IMG/VR virus record: IMGVR_UViG_2597490230_000001
Span: 1 to 25,916 of that record
Strand: one strand, 5' to 3'
Length of the DNA: 25,916 nt
From: a virus
Lineage: Duplodnaviria; Heunggongvirae; Uroviricota; Caudoviricetes
Numbering within the stretch: position 1 is the stretch's first letter; each line of letters begins with the position of its first letter. The position numbers and the translations under genes are program-made. The notes under the pieces were generated by a model, which was not told the origin of the DNA, did not search any database, and worked only from the letters and a program-made list of their open reading frames with translations. Below, one piece after another: positions 7,075-13,326 of the stretch.

Positions 7075-7302
7075 TTGGACAGTTCTTTAGTATACAAACT
7101 TAAAAACTTGATGGAGGGGGGTGACCTCTCCATTCTTTTACAAAGTATTAAACATGATATTGCCCTGAGTATAGTTCAAACTGCCTTCGACGAAAAGGTC
7201 AAGAGGGAAGAGCTATACATGCTAACTAAAGCTATAGATGGTTTACAGGTTAAGCTTCAGGAGTATGTTAACGAATATGATAAGATTCAGGAGAGTGAAT
7301 AA
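7075..7302 (+). CDS. small helical protein between portal and scaffold
   Basis: 75 aa, TTG start with GGAG SD, stop overlaps the next start (TAATG). Confidence 0.7.
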   Translation: MDSSLVYKLKNLMEGGDLSILLQSIKHDIALSIVQTAFDEKVKREELYMLTKAIDGLQVKLQEYVNEYDKIQESE

Positions 7303-8354
7303 TGGCTAATGACGCTATCGAAGTAACCAATCAAGAAGTAACCAACCCTATGTTTATCGACACTGACAACTTCAACTTCTTCGACTTAGAAGATGTTGTA
7401 CAGGAAGATACTAACGAGTTGGGTTATTCCACCAAACAAACTGGCAAAGACCTCATGACTGAAGATGAAATCGCTGACCTGACTGGTGGTGATGAAGTTG
7501 AAGAAGATGAAACTGAAGATGAAGTTGATGAGGATGTTGAGGACGAAGAGGATGAGTCCGAGGAAACGGAAGAAGGCGAAGTTGAAGTCACCGATGAAGA
7601 TGGTGAAGAAGTAGACTTTGAGTCTTACGAAGTGACCCTGCCGTCAGGCGAAGTTGTAGTTCTGAGTGAAGCTATTCAAGGTTATAAAGCTGCTTCTGAA
7701 CTGAAAGCTGAACGTGAAGAGTTTGAAACCACTCGTAATGCGTTTGCACAGGAATCAGAGAAAGTTGCTAAATATCTGGAACTCGCACGTCTTGAAGCCG
7801 ACCGTGTTATCGAAGATTATGAAGACTTCGACTGGGCTGCTTATAAGAAAGACGACCCTGTAGGTTATGTTGAGAACCGTGAATTCCTCGACCGCTATAA
7901 AGCTCGTCGTCAGGAAATTCTGAAAGCTCAAGAAGAGTTGGAAGCTGAAAAAGCTGAAAAAGAAGCTGAAGAGTTTAAAGTCAAGGCGCGTGAAGCAGGT
8001 GTAATCCTTGCTCGTGATATTCCTGGCTGGAACAACGATATGTATCAGCAACTGATGGTTTACGCGGTAGAGAATGGTGCTAATGCAGAAGACATTGCTA
8101 ATTCTGTTGACCCTGTTATGTTCAAAATCCTTCACAAGGCTATGCAACATGATAAAGGTAAGCAGGTTGTTAAAGCAAAAGTTAAACGTGTAGGTGGCTC
8201 TCCTAAGAAAGTAGCAACCCCGTCTGCTAAGCCTGCTCCTACTTCTGAAGCGACCCAGAAGGGTGCTGCTAAGAAAGCAATCATCAAGAAAATGGAAAAT
8301 GGCGGTCTGAATGAACGTGAACTGCGTAATTCCTTCAATTTCCTGGAAGATTAA
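7302..8354 (+). CDS. capsid scaffolding protein
   Basis: 350 aa; very acidic N-half, coiled-coil middle, basic/Pro-rich C-terminus; immediately precedes the capsid gene. Confidence 0.85.
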   Translation: MANDAIEVTNQEVTNPMFIDTDNFNFFDLEDVVQEDTNELGYSTKQTGKDLMTEDEIADLTGGDEVEEDETEDEVDEDVEDEEDESEETEEGEVEVTDEDGEEVDFESYEVTLPSGEVVVLSEAIQGYKAASELKAEREEFETTRNAFAQESEKVAKYLELARLEADRVIEDYEDFDWAAYKKDDPVGYVENREFLDRYKARRQEILKAQEELEAEKAEKEAEEFKVKAREAGVILARDIPGWNNDMYQQLMVYAVENGANAEDIANSVDPVMFKILHKAMQHDKGKQVVKAKVKRVGGSPKKVATPSAKPAPTSEATQKGAAKKAIIKKMENGGLNERELRNSFNFLED

Positions 8355-8365
8355 TAGAGTAATTT

Positions 8366-8391
8366 GTAAGGCTATGTAACAAAACGTACTA
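8366..8391 (+). promoter_or_regulatory. putative late promoter of capsid gene 1
   Basis: GTAAGG-N16-ACTA in the intergenic gap 90 bp before the capsid ATG. Confidence 0.75.
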
Positions 8392-8480
8392 GAATAGTAT
8401 GTTAACAACAAGGAAAAGCCTTGTGAGCTTAACACTAAGCCGCAAGGCAACAAACAATATTTTCAGAGGAGAATTCTCTA

Positions 8481-9419
8481 ATGGCAGATACTACTTTAGT
8501 TTCTTACGACCTTAACGGTAAGAAACTGTCTTTTGCAAACTGGATTTCAAATCTTTCTCCAGATGAAACACCGTTTGTTTCCATGACTGGTAAAGAAGCA
8601 ATCAATCAGACCCTGTTCCAATGGCAGACTGATACGCTGGAAACTGCGAACGCGAACAACGCTGTAGTTGAAGGTTCTGCTGCTGAAGCTCCAGTTCGTA
8701 GCTCTACCACTGTACTGTCCAACGTTACTCAGATTCTGCGTAAAGTTGTTCGTGTTTCTGACACTGCTAACGCTCTGGCGAACTATGGCCGTGGTCAAGA
8801 ACTCCAGTACCAGATGGAAAAAGCTGGTAAAGAAATCAAACGTGACCTCGAAGTTGCGCTTCTGCGTAACGGTGCGAAGGTTGATGGTTCCGGTACTGTA
8901 GCACGTAAAACCGCTGGCTTTAAAGCTCTGGTTGCTGCTAAAGATGCTGCTGACCCAGATACCGGTGCAGTTGTTCACAAAGAAACTGCTACCGCAGCTA
9001 CCATTCTGGAAGCTGAGCTGTTTGACCTGACGTACAACCTGTACCTGTCCGGTTCTAACGCTAACATCATCATGTTCCACCCGAAACACGCTGCTTTCTT
9101 CGCGTCTCTGATGGAAACTCCGGCTGCTGGTGCAAACCGCATGAAGATGTTCGATGGTCAGGATACTAAATTCAATCAGTATGTTTCTACCATCGTCGAC
9201 CCGCTGGGTCAGTTGTTCAAACTGATTCCTAACCGTTGGATGGGCGAGTCTGACATTTACTTCTTCACCCCGTCCGATTGGACCCAGATGGTACTGCGCG
9301 CTCCGCAGCGTACTAAACTGGCGAAAGACGGTTCTTACGAGAAGTGGATGGTTGAGATGGAAGTTGGTCTGCGTCACCGCAACCCGTATGCTTCCGGCAT
9401 CCTGACAATCAAAGCTTAA
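8481..9419 (+). CDS. major capsid protein (copy 1)
   Basis: 312 aa after the scaffold; capsid-like motifs (ETPFVSM, FQWQTDTL, NVTQILRKVVRVSDT); strongly host-optimised codons; SD GAGGAG. Confidence 0.92.
   Translation: MADTTLVSYDLNGKKLSFANWISNLSPDETPFVSMTGKEAINQTLFQWQTDTLETANANNAVVEGSAAEAPVRSSTTVLSNVTQILRKVVRVSDTANALANYGRGQELQYQMEKAGKEIKRDLEVALLRNGAKVDGSGTVARKTAGFKALVAAKDAADPDTGAVVHKETATAATILEAELFDLTYNLYLSGSNANIIMFHPKHAAFFASLMETPAAGANRMKMFDGQDTKFNQYVSTIVDPLGQLFKLIPNRWMGESDIYFFTPSDWTQMVLRAPQRTKLAKDGSYEKWMVEMEVGLRHRNPYASGILTIKA
8541..8587 (+). repeat. 47-bp perfect direct repeat, copy 1 (copy 2 at 9560-9606)
   Basis: TGGATTTCAAATCTTTCTCCAGATGAAACACCGTTTGTTTCCATGAC is identical in both capsid paralogues. 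Confidence 0.95.
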
Positions 9420-9441
9420 TAGCTGTTGATTAACAACCTTA

Positions 9442-9475
9442 AAGGGGAGGAGAAATCCTCTCCTTTTTTTTTTTT
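9442..9475 (+). terminator. rho-independent terminator between the two capsid genes
   Basis: AAGGGGAGGA-GAAA-TCCTCTCCTT stem-loop followed by a 12-T run (9464-9475). Confidence 0.9.
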
Positions 9476-9499
9476 AGAAAAGTTCTAGGAGATAACTAG

Positions 9500-11257
9500 A
9501 TGGCAGATACCACTTTAGTATCCTATGACCTGAATGGTAAGAAACTTTCGTTTGCGAATTGGATTTCAAATCTTTCTCCAGATGAAACACCGTTTGTTTC
9601 CATGACAGGTAAGGAGAGCATTGCTCAAACTCTTTTCCAATGGCAAACCGATGCACTCGAAGCAGCCGTTGATAATAACGCAGTTGTTGAAGGCTCACAA
9701 GCTGAAGCACCTATTAGAAAAACCACCCTGACTCTCAACAACGTTACCCAAATCCTCCGTAAAGTCGTTAAAGTATCTGACACATCTCAGAGTCTTGCAA
9801 ACTACGGTCGTGGTAACGAATTGAAGTATCAGATGGAGAAAGCAGGTAAGGAAATTAAGCGTGACTTGGAAGTTATCTTCCTTTCCGACCAAGATAGAGT
9901 AGATGGTGATGCAACAACCACTCCTCGTAGAACTGCTGCTTTCCAGAAACTCGTTGCAGATTTTGAAGTAGCAGACCCTGATACTGGTGCTATTGTTCAT
10001 AAAGCAATGGCAGGTGAAACTCCTACTGAATCTGAAATCTTTGACATTACTTATAACCTGTATCTGTCTGGCTCCAAAGCAAACATTATCATGTTCCATC
10101 CTAAGTTCGCTTCCTTCTTCAGTTCACTGATGGAAGTTTCTCAGAGTGGTAATCGTGTTAAGCTGTTTGATGGTGAAGACACTCGTTATAACAAGTATGT
10201 GACTGAAGTAGTTGACCCACTGGGTTGCACTTATAAACTGGTTCCAAACCGTTGGATGCCAGAAAAAGCAATCTACTTCCTCAGCGCATCTGACTGGACT
10301 CAAATGGTTCTCCGTGCTCCAGAAAGAACTAAGCTTGCAAAAGATGGTTCTTATGAGAAATGGATGCTGGAAATGGAAGTAGGCCTGAGACACCGTCACC
10401 CTTATGCCTCTGGTATTCTGTTGACTGCAAGTGCTGCTCCTGCTGACCCAGTTGCCTCTATCGCACTGAACAATTCGAACTTCTACGGCGGTTTGAATGC
10501 TCTGCAAGTTGGTGCTGCTGCAACTTCCGATGCCGTTGCTGCTACAGTTTCTACAGCTAACGTAACTATCCTGCCTGCCACTGCAAACCAAGCGTTTACC
10601 GCTGTGAGCTCTGCTCCTGCTGTTGCGACTGTTGCAATCCAAGGTAGTTCTGTTAAGATTACAGCTGTAAGTGCTGGTACTGCAACCTTGACAGTTACCT
10701 CTGTTGGTGACCCAACTAAGACTGCAACTGCTACAATTACTGTTTATGATAGAAGTGTTTCTACTGATTCCTTCTCTAATCAGCCGTTGTATGTAGGTCA
10801 GACTCAGACTATTGGCAAGTCAATTGATGTTTCAACCCCTGCTCCAACTTGGAGTTACGTATCCCTGGATACATCGGTTGCGACTGTTAACAGCTCTGGT
10901 GTGACTACTGCTGTTGGTTCCGGCTTTACCCGTATCCGTGCAATTGCTACTGTAAACGGTATTCGCTTCTTCGACCAATCTGGTCTTGATGTTGAAGCTG
11001 CTGTAGTGGTAACTCCTAATGCTACTGCCCGTTCAGTTGCTGTAGGTTCTACGGTTAACCTGGGTTCTGACTTCACCGCAACTCCGTCTTCTGCTCAGAC
11101 TAAAGGCTTCACCTACACATCTGGCACTCCTGCCAATGCAACGGTTGATGCTTCTGGTGTTGTAACAGGTGTTGCTGCTGGTACTTCAGTAATCACTGCA
11201 ACTTCTAAAGCAGACCCAACTAAGTCCGCTAATAAGACAGTTACTGTAACTGCTTAA
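9500..11257 (+). CDS. major capsid protein paralogue (copy 2) fused to C-terminal Ig-like (Big_2-type) domains
   Basis: 585 aa. The first ~312 aa align to copy 1 (first 39 aa identical). The remainder is Thr/Ala/Val-rich with about three Ig-like repeats (e.g. NATVDASGVVTGVAAGTSVITATS). SD AGGAG. Confidence 0.92.
   Translation: MADTTLVSYDLNGKKLSFANWISNLSPDETPFVSMTGKESIAQTLFQWQTDALEAAVDNNAVVEGSQAEAPIRKTTLTLNNVTQILRKVVKVSDTSQSLANYGRGNELKYQMEKAGKEIKRDLEVIFLSDQDRVDGDATTTPRRTAAFQKLVADFEVADPDTGAIVHKAMAGETPTESEIFDITYNLYLSGSKANIIMFHPKFASFFSSLMEVSQSGNRVKLFDGEDTRYNKYVTEVVDPLGCTYKLVPNRWMPEKAIYFLSASDWTQMVLRAPERTKLAKDGSYEKWMLEMEVGLRHRHPYASGILLTASAAPADPVASIALNNSNFYGGLNALQVGAAATSDAVAATVSTANVTILPATANQAFTAVSSAPAVATVAIQGSSVKITAVSAGTATLTVTSVGDPTKTATATITVYDRSVSTDSFSNQPLYVGQTQTIGKSIDVSTPAPTWSYVSLDTSVATVNSSGVTTAVGSGFTRIRAIATVNGIRFFDQSGLDVEAAVVVTPNATARSVAVGSTVNLGSDFTATPSSAQTKGFTYTSGTPANATVDASGVVTGVAAGTSVITATSKADPTKSANKTVTVTA
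9560..9606 (+). repeat. 47-bp perfect direct repeat, copy 2
   Basis: Identical to 8541-8587. Confidence 0.95.
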
Positions 11258-11264
11258 TCAACCT

Positions 11265-11295
11265 AAGGGGTAGGGGTTATCCCCTCCCCTTTTTT
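11265..11295 (+). terminator. rho-independent terminator after capsid copy 2
   Basis: AAGGGG-T-AGGGG-TTAT-CCCCT-CCCCTT stem with one bulge, then a T run. Confidence 0.85.
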
Positions 11296-11313
11296 CATTT
11301 CTGGAGGTTAAAG

Positions 11314-11598
11314 ATGGCTGTACCATCTCCGCTATACAAGCTTAACTATCCAATTGAAACTGAAGAAGCTAAGAAATTCTGGTCTTCAAATTTGAAATTG
11401 AACAGAATCAAAGCTATCATTGCCTTTTCTCTTGATTTAGAAAATGCTAATGACAACTTGAGAAGATATGGATATTCTAAACAATATAGAAATCGCGCAT
11501 TGAGGGCTTTTGGTCAATACGTGAACAACCCAACTATGGCGGGTGTTCCTTTCAACCAATTGGAAGACAAGTGGTGGGAAGAAATGCCATACGCATAA
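11314..11598 (+). CDS. hypothetical protein
   Basis: 94 aa, strong SD GGAGGT; no recognisable domain. Confidence 0.75.
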   Translation: MAVPSPLYKLNYPIETEEAKKFWSSNLKLNRIKAIIAFSLDLENANDNLRRYGYSKQYRNRALRAFGQYVNNPTMAGVPFNQLEDKWWEEMPYA

Positions 11599-11611
11599 AT
11601 AAGGAGTTAAC

Positions 11612-11803
11612 ATGTGGGCTTTCTTTGTTAAAGCCCTCGTGGCATTTGGGTACAACCTGATGGTAGCGCTAATTGGTGAGGCTATGATTCAATGGGTGTT
11701 CTTCAAAGTGACGCGTTGGCTTACCTCTAAAACCAAAACCAAAGTTGATGATGAGTTTATCGAGAAGTTAGAAGATAACTACAAACGCGGTAAGGGTGGT
11801 TAA
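11612..11803 (+). CDS. small membrane protein, holin-like
   Basis: 63 aa; hydrophobic N-half, charged C-tail with TKTKVDD; SD AAGGAG. Confidence 0.55.
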   Translation: MWAFFVKALVAFGYNLMVALIGEAMIQWVFFKVTRWLTSKTKTKVDDEFIEKLEDNYKRGKGG

Positions 11804-11815
11804 ATTTAGGAACTA
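11790..11815 (+). promoter_or_regulatory. putative late promoter of tail genes
   Basis: GTAAGG-N16-ACTA, followed by the hairpin AGAGAGTA...TACTCTCT and SD AGGAGG. Confidence 0.75.
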
Positions 11816-11850
11816 AGAGAGTATGTAAAAGTACTCTCTCAGGAGGAGAC

Positions 11851-12540
11851 ATGATTCAGATTAACAACTATAAAGATTTTAAAGAGGCAGTGGGGTTATG
11901 GCTCAACCGTAAAGACTCTGCCACTCTTAATAACATTCCAATGTTTATTAACTTCGCTGAAAAGCAGTTTACCCGCCTTGTTAAACTTCCATATTATGAA
12001 ACAAAAGTCAGTTTCACTATTAATGAGAATTTTAACTTTGTAGTAATTCCTCAAGACTTTCTGAGTGCTAAACATGTTATGGTAAATGGTAAGCCATATA
12101 ACCGTACAGATGTTGAGACATTCATGAGATTGAAGAACATGGGTAATTTTAGTGATGTTCAAGCTGCTGGCACAGACCCGAATCCACAACAGGACGTTCT
12201 GAAAGCCGGTTCTACTTCAGAGACAAATTTCTTCTTTGCTCGTATTGGTGAACAGATTCACTTCTTACCAACACCTGTTATTGGTGACATTGTTGAGATT
12301 ATCTATCACCAAGATATCCCTGAGATGCAATTTGATAATGACCAACCATATTCACTTCTTGTTGCTCCGGATGTAATGTTGTACCTGGCACTACGCCATG
12401 CTTCAATCTTCCTTCGTGATAATGAGCAAGAAGTTTATTGGATGCAAAAAGCTCAAGAAGCTGCTGACTCTATGAATCAACAGTTGGACGATGCTGAATG
12501 GTCTGGTTCTGCTCTGGTTGTTCCATTCTTCAATCGCTAA
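11851..12540 (+). CDS. head-tail adaptor (tail tubular protein A-like)
   Basis: 229 aa; YKDFKEAVGLWLNR...IPMFINFAE and APDVMLYLALRHASIFLRD pattern typical of podovirus adaptors; position after the capsid genes. Confidence 0.75.
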   Translation: MIQINNYKDFKEAVGLWLNRKDSATLNNIPMFINFAEKQFTRLVKLPYYETKVSFTINENFNFVVIPQDFLSAKHVMVNGKPYNRTDVETFMRLKNMGNFSDVQAAGTDPNPQQDVLKAGSTSETNFFFARIGEQIHFLPTPVIGDIVEIIYHQDIPEMQFDNDQPYSLLVAPDVMLYLALRHASIFLRDNEQEVYWMQKAQEAADSMNQQLDDAEWSGSALVVPFFNR

Positions 12541-12549
12541 GGAGAAACA

Positions 12550-13326
12550 ATGTCTTTACTTTTAAGTGGTGCCCCTTCACAACCGGCAGCATTTGAATCG
12601 ACATTAAATGATGATGCTGCAATCCTCCAAGGTGCGCAGCCTAACGTTGGTCTTTTCGCTTGGACTACAAACGATTTGACCTCTGTTAAAGATATTATCA
12701 CTTATGTCCAAACTGCTCTGGAAGCCGCTAACTCTGCCCAAGCATCTGCAATTGCTGCTGACGCTTCAAGGCAAGAGGTTTTAGCTATTAAACTTCAGTA
12801 CGACCAGATTGTAGTTCAAATTGACCAGCAGTATTCTGATATGGTTAACTTGGCTAACTCTATCTCCGTTGATACTACTCAAATCCAACAATATGTTACT
12901 CAGGCTCAGAACATTAAGACAAGTGTTGATGCTTCCTATCAACAGGTTAGTCTTTGGAGAGATGAGATTCAACAATATCAAATGATGGCTGTTTACCAGT
13001 ATCGGGACAGAACAATCACAGGTACTACAGTTGAAATTGGACCACTGGCAGGCTCTGTACAGAGGTTGACTCTCAACTCCTCGACGACTACTGTGACGAT
13101 TGGGTCGTTTTCAGATGGTCCCGACAAAGCAAGACAACTAACCCTTTTAATTAAACAAGGTACTGGCTCTAACAAAGTTGTCTGGCCATCTTCAATCAGG
13201 TGGAACAATAACAGAGCTCCTGTACTTTCATATTTAACTGGTCGTGTGGACGTAATCACACTTTTAACTTATAACTCAGGTGCATCCTGGTATGGTTTCT
13301 ACAACGGGGGTTGGTTCGATGCTTAA
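12550..13326 (+). CDS. tail fibre/appendage anchor protein
   Basis: 258 aa: N-terminal module, long coiled coil, and a C-terminal beta domain (LTLLIKQGTGSNKVVWPSSIRW...VDVITLLTYNSGASWYG) common in tail proteins. Confidence 0.7.
   Translation: MSLLLSGAPSQPAAFESTLNDDAAILQGAQPNVGLFAWTTNDLTSVKDIITYVQTALEAANSAQASAIAADASRQEVLAIKLQYDQIVVQIDQQYSDMVNLANSISVDTTQIQQYVTQAQNIKTSVDASYQQVSLWRDEIQQYQMMAVYQYRDRTITGTTVEIGPLAGSVQRLTLNSSTTTVTIGSFSDGPDKARQLTLLIKQGTGSNKVVWPSSIRWNNNRAPVLSYLTGRVDVITLLTYNSGASWYGFYNGGWFDA

Noticed and set aside
7755-9377. Long antisense ORFs 7755-8453 and 8547-9377
   Set aside because: Shadows of strongly codon-biased + strand genes; no SD or promoter support.
9417-9500. Programmed frameshift or readthrough joining capsid copy 1 to copy 2 at the T12 run
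   Set aside because: Copy 1 ends at tandem stops (TAA TAG) before the run, and copy 2 has its own SD, ATG and complete capsid domain.
13268-13326. Frameshift fusion of the 258-aa fibre to the 967-aa protein, or a GTG start at 13280
   Set aside because: No convincing slippery site or stimulator; the ATG at 13319 overlapping the stop is the simpler coupled start.
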